NCBI GenBank assembly: GCA_000934665.2
Contig: KZ538058.1
Coordinates: 124,001-157,668, forward strand
Length of the DNA stretch: 33,668 bases
Direction: 5' to 3'
DNA from: Catajapyx aquilonaris
Taxonomy: Eukaryota
The translations under genes and the position numbers were made by a program. The notes under the pieces are model-generated. The model saw nothing but the letters and a program-made list of their open reading frames with translations. It did no database searches and was not told the origin of the DNA. Shown one piece after another: positions 1-11,110 of this stretch; position 1 is the stretch's first letter; the number at the start of each line of letters is the position of its first letter.

Positions 1-3000
1 AAACCCCACGGCCCTTTTCAACTCGTATTCCCGCCCAACTGAGTTTGCTGATCCTGTGGAACCCCTGGAACCCATCAGCTTCGACGATTTCCTCGCACCA
101 CTCTCTGCCATCCCACTTCCAATCACTGACAGTCCACTCCTGTCAGACTGGCCCGAGGCCTTCTGCCAGAAGACGTATAGGTAAGCAGATTTAATTCAAT
201 AGCAAGATGCTAATTGAAGGCTCTGGTAAATGCTGTCCATTGGTGATGCTGTTCTAAAAATTGACGTGTGGGCTACGTTTTCTGCAACGTGATCACGAAT
301 TTATTGGTGTCATTTGGTACTTCTCACTAGGCGGCTGCCTCCAATAGATCCAGAGATACTAAATTCAATGAAGATCGTGACCACCATAGGGTATGCTCCA
401 AATCCAGCAAACCGTAGAAGAAACCAAGTAAGATAAGCTGACTCGCTGTTCAAGTCAGGAGGCAATACATAAATTGATTTCTTCGTCACAGGTACCTTAC
501 AAACTGGAGTGCAAGAGCTCGACCTCTTCATCTATGCAGGAACAAAGTGCAGTTGAGAAAAGGGATGAACCTCAGTTCATACCAGTGCCTCGAGAGTACA
601 GGAAGTTGGAGGTCAAGTACAGCAAGATGGGGATGGAGGAGTTTGATTTCAATCGCTACAACAAGACAGGCTTCTCTGGGCTGGAGTCGACTCTGCCGAA
701 CTCGTACTGTAACCCCATGCTGCAGGTAAAGTTACCTTGCTGTCGTGTAAGGCATGGGAGGGGTAAATTAAGAATTTCTTAATCGAAGCATGAAATGGGA
801 GGCTTTGCCATCTAAGGGCCGGCGCAAACGGGGCAATTTGGAGGCAACTTGGGAGCAACCCACCCACCCAGGACGGCACAGCACATGCTCCTCTGGCAAT
901 GACCGCGTGCAGATTTCCTGCAGCCAAGAAATTTGGGGCCGATCTGGGTGTGCTGGCGTAGTCTGGGTTGGGCCGCAACACTTGTACCCTCTAGATGGCG
1001 ACATGAGTACTTGGATATGTGCGTGCAAGTTGCCTCCCTCCCACATTTCCCCGTTTGCGCCGGCCCTAAGATTGTGACATATGACCAACATGAATTTGCA
1101 ACAGCATAAGTATCCTGAGCAGGGAGGATAGGAAAATGCTTGAGATGAATTGAGGTCAAACACCAGAGTATATGCAATATGTGCTATTTGGTGTTTCTTC
1201 CCTCGTTTTAAAGGTCCTATTCTACATGGAGCCGGTTCGGGCAATCCTTCTGAGCCATGCCTGCCGCAAGGAGTTCTGCCTGGCATGTGAGCTGGGATTT
1301 CTGTTTCACATGCTGGACACCTCCCAGGGCTTTCCCTGCCAAGCCAATAACTTCCTACGCGCCTTTAGGACTATCCCGGAGGCATCTGCGCTTGGTCTTA
1401 TCCTTCAGGACCATGAAGATGTCATGAAAAAGGCAAATCTACCTAGACTGATCCAGGTAAGACCTGCTGGGGCCACTAGTGAGTTTCAGTAGCATTGCGT
1501 AAATTTGGAAGGGAGAGCTGGCAATCATCATGTTACATATGCGTGATGAGCCGCTCAACTGTTAGTCTTGAAAAGGACAGACGGTTATCATGTAATATAA
1601 CTCTTCCTATATTAAATTTAATCAGCGAGGGGTTCTCTGGGATCATGGCTGCTTTCTTTCGTCGCACTTGGTCCTCGTTCCCTAGTCGTACAAATTATCC
1701 ATACTTGTGATATCCTCTAACAGCTTGTAAGTGAGAGAACGATGTTCATGTTATAGGCAGTATCTGCTGCAGTGTGCTAATATTATTTGACTAAACTGGT
1801 GGGCATTTTTTTTGCAGAGCTGGAACCGTTTTATACTGCAGCAGATACATACAGAGACCCAATCTGGAAAAGAGAGGGACTCAGGGAAGCAGCAGAGGGC
1901 TGGAAATGGTGGAATAGAGGTTGATACATCTGCTGCTGCCGCCTCGGCGGCTGTGACAGCGGGCACAGAAGCAGGGGTCCTGGCCCTGGGCCCATCGCAG
2001 GCTTGGAGCTGGGGTGATGGTTTGCCTCTCACTGAGGGAGGGGTTCCAAGAGAGCCGGGGAACCCTGAAGATGGAGCGGATGGGCAGAGTGGGGGAGTGG
2101 CAGGAGGAGCAGGGCAAGGCAGTGATGCTTCCAGTAAGCGTAGGGTGTATGGAAATTTATTGGAGGTGCATTGAAGCGTCAACTTGGCGAAAATTTTTGC
2201 AATAGTGGTGGTGATCTTTCAAGGGCATTCAAAAATAGTGTTGTTGTGTTATCAAATCAGGATTACCTGGAAATTTCTTTCATCTTCACCTCACTCTTCA
2301 TTCCGCAAATAGTGGTAAATGGAAGTAGAACTGAGATTTGTGCAGGATGACACTGCTGATTTCAAGCTTGCTTCAGTAATGAGTGAGAGTTGTGAAAGTG
2401 CCATTTCCTTCCAGTGGAACAGAATGATTCTTCGTCCTCCACATCTGTTGGGGATCACCAGGAAGAGAGCTCCCTGGTCAGCAGGTTGCTGGGCATAAAG
2501 CAGAAGAACATGAACCGATGTGTGCGGTGCAGGAAAGAGACTTTCAAGGACGCCACTGTCTTGCTCTGCAATCTTCTTTACCCAGATTCCCTTGTTGCAG
2601 GTCAGGGCTATTGTCGTGTCGAACACCTAATTCAGAGTGAGCATTTGAGGTCACAGCTGTTTCTGTTCTCTTCTACCAGGTGGTAGGGAAAATGCCAGCT
2701 GTGCTTTCACGGACCTCCTCCAGCGCAGCCTGTGCCCTGAGCAGACAACCCCTGCGTGGTGTGAGAAGTGTGAAAAATACCAGCCCACCACACAGAGCCG
2801 CCAGTTGTTATCCCTTTCACACGTTCTGGTGCTCAACTGCGGACTGGATAACCAGCAGGTAGATAACAGCCTTGCTCTGTGAGCGAATTTGTGTTGATGC
2901 ACATGCCTGAGAGGGTTTAATTTTTGTATTGCCCCCTTTTTTTGTGTGTACGTTATGACATTCCATCTGTTTTGTAGGATTTCAGCCTGTGGCAGAGCCA

Positions 3001-6000
3001 CATAGAATCACTCAGGAAGCAGGGAAAGTCAGAACGCGTGCCAGAGGAGAGGCCTGTTCCGAGACACATCAAGCCCTGCCGTTATGGCCTCAATTGCACC
3101 CGGTCAGACTGCCGCTTCTGGCATGAGGGGCAGGACAAGACTCCCAAGACATGTAAGTGACCGCATCTTTGCCCCCCTCTACATACCAAATTCTGAGTAA
3201 TCTTGCGGGAAAGTCGATTTTACATGGGAGGCTTTCTACATTACTTTCACATGTCCTAGTTCGGTCCATTGCCATGTATTTGTTGGGCATCCTATTATAA
3301 TATTACTTGTTGGTTTACTGCTACTCACATTGAAATCAAGTTAACATGGTGTCTGTGCAAAAATAGCCAGACAACTGGATGCAAATTTTCTTGTGTGAAC
3401 ACATTGTAACCCTTGCTCCAGATACATTGTTGTGTGTCATAAACAGTATATTTATATGTTCCCAAGAACAGTCAAACAATGTGACGCTGGAAGGTATCAT
3501 CATCTTGTAAACTTGTAAATTTTTGGTACAGCCTCATCACAAAATCACAGTCCGTGCGCTTGGCTCCCCCATCACATTCGAGTGACTCGAATGGTTAGTG
3601 GTGCCGTGATAGTCAAAGCGATTGAGGAGGAAGAGTTCAAGAAGGAGGAAGGCAAAGGCGCAGATGGAAAAATTGGGAGCAGTTTCAAGGTATGGGATTC
3701 TGTCTGCCATCAATAATGCGACCTAGTTATCCCAGTAATAGTGCGCTGTTACGTTACATGACGATTTTTTTAATTGTCCACAGGGGGAGGGAAGCCTCCA
3801 AGATGAGGTGGAGCAGTGTTGTGAATATGAATTGGAGTCAGTGGTCTGTCACGTCAAATCGAACCACCACTTTGAACGCAAGAACCTGGTCGCTCTGATT
3901 AATGTTGGTCCTAGTTATCATAGTCGGTCGATGGGTTCTCCAGTCAGCCAGTGGTATATCTTCAATGATTTCTGGTGAGTTTCCCCCNCCCCCAATCTTC
4001 TCTTTAATGTAACGTCAACCAAAGACGTAGTAATCCCAGTTGCTTATATCTGTTGCAGTACAATTAAAAGTACGACGGTACAGATAGTAACTCACTTATC
4101 ATAAGATGCCTTTTGTTCCGCATTTCCACAAATGTCAAGTTAACCGAGAGTGTCTTATTTCACTTCACAGCATCGTCCCAGTGGCTAAAACGGAGGCAGT
4201 CAGTTTCAGTCCCGAATGGAAGGTCCCGTGTGTGGTGTATTACAAGCAGAAGGACTCGTTTCTCCCGCAGGAGCTTCAGCTAGAGGTGGTTAATCCCATC
4301 ACTGCTGACGTTTTCCTGGAGGACAAGTCACTGGCGCAGAAGGGAGGGGGGAGAAGAAGGATGGGATTCACACCTTTGATGGCAGATGAAGTGCCATGCC
4401 ATGGTTAGTTTGCTTAATTTTTAATGTGTCTTTAGGTGACGCAATTTTTTTATTGAGCAGGGAGAAATAGTGTTATGAAGTGAGAAAGCAAATGTAACTT
4501 GTCTGATCAAACTGAGGACAGCATGGGAAGGCAAAGAACGATTATTTAATATTAAATTCCGGCTGCTCCCTGTCTACAGAAGCATTGCAACTTATCACAG
4601 TGAGAGTGATTCCATCTTCGTACCCTTTCCTGCTGTAGGTGACATGGTTGCCATGGATGCTGAGTTTGTGACTCTGAATCAGGAAGTTGCGGAGCTGCGA
4701 AGTGATGGAAAGCTGTCCACTATCAAGCCCTCCCACATGTCCGTGGCCAGGATCACCTGCATTCGGGGGCATGTGACTTAGCTTTATTTTTGATCTGTTC
4801 ATTTTCGTCTTTTTTTTCCCCCTTCCCTACGTTATGTTTCTGTGTGTTGTTATCACCATTTATTTCCTCCCTTGTCCACTCTGTTTTTTTTTTTTTCCCC
4901 CTGCTGCTGTGATACTCTATTCTCCTGTTAAGTGCCATTTATCTGTGCGTGTACTAGTCCTTGTACTTGACACTTGTGTTGGAAACAACTATTTTTTTTC
5001 TTCTTTTTTTTTGATTTGTGACGGCAACTATTGGTGCACAGGATAACTATGCATAATAATTCAAATCTTGTCAATCATGCATGTGGGATTCAAAGTGCTT
5101 AGATCATGGCAGGTCTAAAAAATTTGAGTGTTGGATATTCAATTCCAAACAAGTCCTTTCGCGCAGTTATGTTAATGTTGACTGGTCAGTTACAGCCAAA
5201 GGTTTGCATTAATTTATTTAGTACTAGTTGAAGTTGGCAGAGGATGCCAGTCCCTATGTGTTTTTTCTACGCGTTACATAATATGTGTGTGTGTGTGTGT
5301 TTGTAGATCCATGTGCACCAAATTTGCTTCAAGTTTGGTTGCAATGACACTTCTTGAAGCCGATGTATTGAGAAGGCTGAGAATAAGTTAGTTGCTGATA
5401 ACAACACTGGAAATATCAGTTATTACTACATTGTAAGAGTAGATTACAGCTACTGCAAGGCATTTTCTCTTTGAGTTTTGAATTTTTTGTTTTGATGCTT
5501 GCTCCAGTGTTATAATGTGGTCTGTCCCAATATGTTAACATTCAACTTCTGAAATGTCAAAACAGCTGCAAACATCATGAATGTCTGTATAATTGGCAAT
5601 GCGTGGGTTGCGGTGCAATTCCAAATGTCACCTTACTTCCCTTTCTGCTTGCTTGGGTTATGTGTAAGCAATAAGTATGGTCTTCCAGTAACCACATTAT
5701 AATGAAGGAGTGCATGGATGCAAGTGTCTCTTCTGTAGATTTGTTACTCAGTAAGGGAATCTTGAAACATTTGAGGAAGTGACTGATTTTTTGTATTTTT
5801 TTTTATGTTACATCTAGCCGAACAGGAAAAATGGATGAGGGACATCTTTTCAAATAAAGAATTCATATTCCTTAGCACACGGTGTTGGGTCTTGTCCTTT
5901 TTAAAACCCTCAACTTAAAATGGTTTTTTTTCCCCCTTCACTTTTTTTTTTTTCATCCTCCCTGCCCTTCTCTCTCATGATCTGGCTTGCTTACTGATGG

Positions 6001-7702
6001 AGAGGTTATATTGGTAGGCTCATTTTTCGCTCAATGCAAAATCCTTCCTGGTACTCTAGCCAAGGGATAGGCAACTTTTAGTTTTAATATTATTTGAGCA
6101 AAGAGGTGATGATGGAATGTTTTTTTCACACATTTTTCTTGGAGTAGTACATCTGGCAATATGATCTTACAAGTAGTGCTTGCCGTAGAATGCATGCTTT
6201 GGGCATTAAAAAAAATAAAAAATTAAGTGGTATCTGAATTGGTCATATAAATATTACACCTATCCATGTTACATATTGGGAGTAGATGTACATATTGGAG
6301 ATACTGAACCAGAGATGTGATCATGTTTACAGTAATCATTTTGATGCTTTCTGTAAATTGATTTCTTGCTCTGTGTACAAGTATGACCAGCATTGTTTAT
6401 CCACATCCACTGAGCATATTGTCGGCCGGGGATCAAAACCTCGTAACTCCTCAAGACCAAATTTTACAGGAGGGACAAAAAAGTTTTTGGTAAATCATGT
6501 TTTCTGTTCATGCTAACAATTCCTACAGAATAGCATAACGTAATCCTTACCTTTCATGAGGATGATGTTGAATTCATGTACACCTTTGCAAAGTTGTGCA
6601 AAGGGACTTACGACCTCACTCGTAAGTCCATTTTCACGCAAAAATGGAGTTACGAGGTTTTGATCCCCGGCCGACGATACGTTGGATTTCAGACATGCAT
6701 TTTATGCTGCGCAACTGTAGGTATGTTGGGACTTAATTTTAATTATTATTGCACAGTTGATGCAAGAAATTTTATTTTTTAAAATTGGTGTTTAAATTTT
6801 AGTTATTTTAACAGCATGCTCTAAGGTAATTTAGACATCTCACTGTGTCATTTTTAGACATTTTAATATTTTCTTAACTTGATTCGTTGCAGGCAAGGAC
6901 CTCTAGAGGGGATTCCGTTCATAGATGATTACATATCTACACAGGAGCACGTCGTGGACTACTTGACCAAGTTTTCTGGCATAAAGCCCGGGGACTTGGA
7001 TGCCAACTTTAGTTCTCAACACCTGACTACCCTGAAGACTGCCTACCTAAAGCTTCGTCTTCTTGTAGACAGTGGAGCCAAGTTTGTTGGGCATGGGCTC
7101 AAGAATGACTTTAGGTATGGTAACTTTCAACACATGCTTTCTTGCGTATTAAAACTGTCTCACACATGCTGTTTTTCGTTAGGGTCATTAATTTGGTTGT
7201 GCCTGCTGATCAGGTGATAGACACTGTTCACCTTTTTCACCTGCCGAGGCAAAGGATGGTGTCGCTAAGGTTTTTAGCGTGGCACTTCTTAGGTGAGTCT
7301 GTTTATTACTTTGGATATGTTTGCTTATTGCATTAAATAAAATTGTTAAGCACTAATTCCAGCACTTAATATTTCCATTTTGTGAGAATTAATGAGCATA
7401 TCCATCCAACCAAAGAAATATAAACTGTTCAGACAGTGTCCTTCTCAATAGTGCTTTTCTTGTCTTTATTTTGTGGGGTCAATGTGGCAGAATGTGTTTC
7501 AATGATGTCGTCATGGGTTCTTCCAGGACTGAAAATCCAGTCGCTGACCCATGACTCCGTAGAGGATGCCAGGACAGCTTTACAGCTGTACCGCAAATAC
7601 CAACAGTTTCAACTGACCGGCTCTATGGAAGAAGCATTGCAAGATTTGTATAAAGTTGGTAAAAAATTGCATTGGCAAGTGCCAGGTATAGACGAGGACT
7701 AA
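1..7702 (+). CDS. PAN2: PAN2-PAN3 deadenylase catalytic subunit PAN2 (USP52); 5'-partial, 15 exons covering the linker, pseudo-USP/UCH domain and DEDD exonuclease domain
   Basis: Exons joined in one continuous frame: 1-180, 331-427, 492-725, 1214-1456, 1818-2133, 2415-2600, 2680-2858, 2978-3152, 3532-3689, 3784-3974, 4171-4403, 4639-4768, 6893-7114, 7183-7292, 7527-7702 (TAA); about 942 aa in the window. All introns are GT-AG except 4769-6892 (GC-AG). Recognised PAN2 motifs: [56 protein letters not shown] (degenerate USP Cys box), [110 protein letters not shown]. The WD40 N-terminus lies upstream of the window. Confidence 0.97.
816..1066. mobile_element. MITE, PIF/Harbinger (Tourist)-like, in PAN2 intron 726-1213
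   Basis: Perfect 18-bp terminal inverted repeats GGGCCGGCGCAAACGGGG (816-833 / 1049-1066), a further internal inverted match (GGAGGCAACTTG / CAAGTTGCCTCC), and a TAA duplication on both flanks (813-815, 1067-1069). 251 bp, no coding capacity. Confidence 0.85.
3077..3124 (+). other. CCCH zinc-finger coding segment ([17 protein letters not shown]-x5-C-x4-C-x3-H) within PAN2 exon 2978-3152
   Basis: Direct translation of the exon in the PAN2 frame. The spacing resembles Nab2/ZC3H14-type CCCH fingers. Confidence 0.75.
4769..6892 (+). other. Non-canonical GC-AG intron (2124 nt) in the PAN2 exonuclease domain
   Basis: The conserved RITCIRG|QGP sequence is restored only by splicing ATT CGG GG|GCATGT ... 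TTGCAG|G CAA GGA. The nearby GT at 4773 gives the wrong phase. Confidence 0.8.
6419..6677. mobile_element. MITE with TA target-site duplication (Tc1/mariner-like, non-autonomous) in the long PAN2 intron
   Basis: Perfect 30-bp inverted repeat GTCGGCCGGGGATCAAAACCTCGTAACTCC (6421-6450 / 6646-6675), extending 2 more bp imperfectly, flanked by TA (6417-6418, 6678-6679). Internal small hairpin GGACTTACGA..TCGTAAGTCC at about 6604-6629. Confidence 0.8.
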
Positions 7703-9044
7703 CCAGTGGTTCTTTGTTGAAGATTTTGGCATGTTCCTGTTGATTTGTTAGGCGGCAAATCACAGGATTTTTCCCTTTTTTTAATTTATTTTAATTCGCA
7801 TGAACATTATTTTCAATGAGAATAATTCAATTGTAAGGTTACATACAATATAAAAATAATGAGTACGCTTGTGTCCCGTATGTGGAGAGTTGTGATTGAG
7901 CTTCTCTGAGGCACAGGCAACTTATGAATCCTTCTTTGGAGGGGGCTGAGGTGGCACTCAGAAATTATTTCCGATAGCATTCGTGGATTTTTCTGCAGCT
8001 TGGACAGTTGCACAATTGCTACCTCAGTGTCTCTCCAAGAGTCGGTCTTAAGTGTTGCAACTCAGGAGCATGTGATTAGGCTCTAACATGAAGTTTACGT
8101 TTCATTAGGTGTAGGCGGAAGTACACAGGGAAATGTGATGATTATGATAATGGCAAAGAAGATAACGAGATGAAATCATGTGCCTGATATGAAGAAGCAT
8201 TCTTAGACATGGTTAGTTGCATCCTGAAAGTGCGTAGCATACTGCCTGCACATGCGATTAGCAGGAAGGCAAAATGTTTTGTGCATTCCACTTCTTCAAT
8301 GACCCCATATAGAGTTTTTTATTTTCAAAGTGTGCTCCCCATTTTTAAATGGCTGCTGAAATTTAATTTTTCAAAGGCATGTCCAGCTCTTGTAAGAGTC
8401 GGATTGTCTGTCAATATTTTTTGTGCAATGCTGGAGTACTGGCAGCCTTCCTCTTCTTAATAACCAATATAAATGTTTGAAGTTTATATTTAATAGAGAA
8501 TGCTATTTAGATCATATATTTTATAGGAGATTCGCGTACAAATGACTGGGTATGTGACCTTTAATGTGAAGAGAATAATTTTATGGTATTTGCATTATTA
8601 ATTTTTGTCAAACTGTGGTATCGTGGTGTGAGAAATGGTGTACAGGATATTTAAGCGTAACAATTTCAGTCCATGAAGTCAACATTCCTTCGAGTACTGC
8701 GCTGCACTGCAGACTTTGCAGTTCTTTCTCAGAACATTCTTCTTGCTCAAGTCATCTACTGCCAGGGGCAGCAGCTTTTGTTGTGAGGTCACCATTTGGC
8801 ACAACTTGTACCTTTAATCCAGTACTTGAAAATTGCTATGGAACCAAACTTAGTGATAAAATAATAACATCGTATACTGCCGGTGACAATGTATACATTT
8901 TAAACTCACGCAAAAGAGGACAGATATTTTTTTTAACACATTGCTTTTTTTTAACGAGTAAAAAAAAAATGTTCAAAATAGACAATTACTCATGTCTGAA
9001 ATATGGGATGAAGTGTTCAAGTCTCATTAGTACATTTGCAGGCC

Positions 9045-9143
9045 ATACCATACCATACCATATGCTTTATTTATCTTGGTCTGCCTGCAGCAGCGGCCAC
9101 TTGGCCGACCAAGATAAATAAAGCATATGGTATGGTATGGTAT
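9045..9143. repeat. Near-perfect hairpin (41-bp stem, 17-nt loop) with (ATACC)n/(GGTAT)n ends, containing AATAAA on both strands
   Basis: 9045-9085 is the reverse complement of 9103-9143 with one mismatch. AATAAA at 9117-9122 (+) and TTTATT at 9066-9071. Confidence 0.9.
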
Positions 9144-11110
9144 CTCACTGCTTTCTAGTTTCTTGCCAGGACAGTCACTTCTTATGGAGAAAGTGTTGGG
9201 TGGAGGTTTTTCCTCCGTGAGAAAATTAACAATCATGTGTTGTAAATAATTGGAAGTGTGCAATTTCATAGTGGGAGGTGTCAATGAAAATGATGTAGGA
9301 ATTATGAAATTTTCACAGGGGAAGGATCCATGTTTTACTGAGTTTAAGATTAATGTAGTGGTGTAATGGATGGGCTTGTTTTTGTGCTTTCCATGCTCTT
9401 TAGCTTATTTTTTTAAAGATTGGAAGTTCTGTGAATGGTTGAATGCCGTGGCTGCGTGTGTCTGTGTGTGCATGTGATATTAAAAATTTCCATTGCTTTA
9501 TTCTATAATTTTCGATCCCTGGGGCGTAATGTCAATGTGAGGTTGTTTTGACAATGTACTGAGGCATCGTACATGTAGGTGATTTTAAAGGGTATTTGTA
9601 GTCCATCAGTGGGTTTAAATCACTTCAACATGATATAATCTAATTGAAATTGTACAGTAATTAATGAATATAATATTTTATGAATATGAGGAGAATACTA
9701 TCAGGTCAGTAAGGCAAGGGTACATGCTGACTAGTAGGTGAATTTGGGTGCATTGAGTAGTTTTGCAGCATCCCGCATTATGACGGATGGGGGAAACGAG
9801 CCCGATTCACAATTCGAATGGCATGTAAATTGACTAATGGCTCTGTGATGTGTGAATAAAAGACTTGATGAGTATGCAATGCAAGTAATGAAGTGCTGCA
9901 ATTACATATCAGGAGAATTGTATCGAAAAAAATTGATATTAGCATGAAAATTTGAGATATTTGCTTAATTGGGCAAATGAATCCGCGTGTACATATTTTC
10001 TGAAAATGGCGTGCTCAACTCTGGTAAGAGAAGGCTAAATAATATGCCGCTCTAGTGCCAGGGCATTCAGGCACATCTTGTGACATTACCTCAGTCATGC
10101 ATTTTGTGTAATTACAAATTAAGTTTCTGTGTTACAGCATTTGATAAAAACTGAGTTGTATGTGAAATTATTATCCAAACAATGTTTGTAACACTTGTGA
10201 CGTATTTCCAGCACCTGGCAGACTTTTCCAAGATCCATTTAAGAATGTTTCCACTGGGTAGAAGTTAATGTGTAAATTTGCACATTAACTTGTACCCAGT
10301 GGCAGTGTTCTGTAATGGACGCAATTGTGTCCGCAAGTTACAAATTGTTATTTCAATGGCGGTGTGGTATTTTTCATTCTGGATCCTGTAATTTGGTGGT
10401 ATAGTCTGCATATACGTGTAATGAAACTGCAGGTAATAATACCGCAATGACTGAATGTAATTATTAATATTATTATAAGATTGACGTAGAGTGAAACTAT
10501 TTTTCTGTACATACATGCTATATTTAAATGGGAAATAAATTTTTAACGTGCACCATTGCTTTTCATTGTCGTTCCTGAAATAACAAGCGTGCAAATGAAA
10601 CTATGCGCAGGTATCTAACACTTTTATTTACTGTATTTGAACAGGTGCTTCTATTTCACACGAAGGTTGTAAAAGGTTTAGAATCATTCTCCAGAAAAAT
10701 TGGCCATGTCTATAAATATAATTCGTGTTGTAAATAATTGTGTAGGTTTGATGTTTGTCATCAGCTGGCGAAGGAACATTTTGAGTGATTTTGTTAATTA
10801 CGCCCTAGTAGGTGTTGATGACAAAGCAATGGGTGTTATTCAGAGGCCACCAGATCAGTTACAGTAAGAATAAATAATGTAATAAATAATAAATATTATA
10901 ATATATTGCTTTTATAAATGTGTCAATTATGTACAACTGTGAAACATGTGAGCTGTTGGATTTTATGATTTCTATGGTACTTTTCAATCCTTGGCAGGTT
11001 ATGGAAGCCTGTAAGACCATACAACAATGTGATGCGTGAATGTTTTAATATGTGGATTGAATTTAATTTCATGGCGGAGTGCAACTTGTCATCGCTTAGT
11101 GTGTACATCG

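Noticed and set aside
1543..1650. Box C-like GTGATGA in a PAN2 intron (possible C/D snoRNA)
   Set aside because: No box D (CTGA) or terminal stem at a suitable distance.
2313..2414. Alternative upstream acceptor (pyrimidine tract-TAG ending 2312), 102 nt before PAN2 exon 2415
   Set aside because: The extension has several in-frame TGA stops. It could only be a poison isoform, and nothing in the sequence supports its use.
310..4938. Many overlapping ORFs on both strands in the ORF track
   Set aside because: They are antisense or off-frame shadows of PAN2 exons, or run through the intronic MITE.
8615..9121. 168-aa + strand ORF downstream of PAN2
   Set aside because: Non-ATG start, random-looking composition and homopolymer runs; probably 3' UTR or intergenic.
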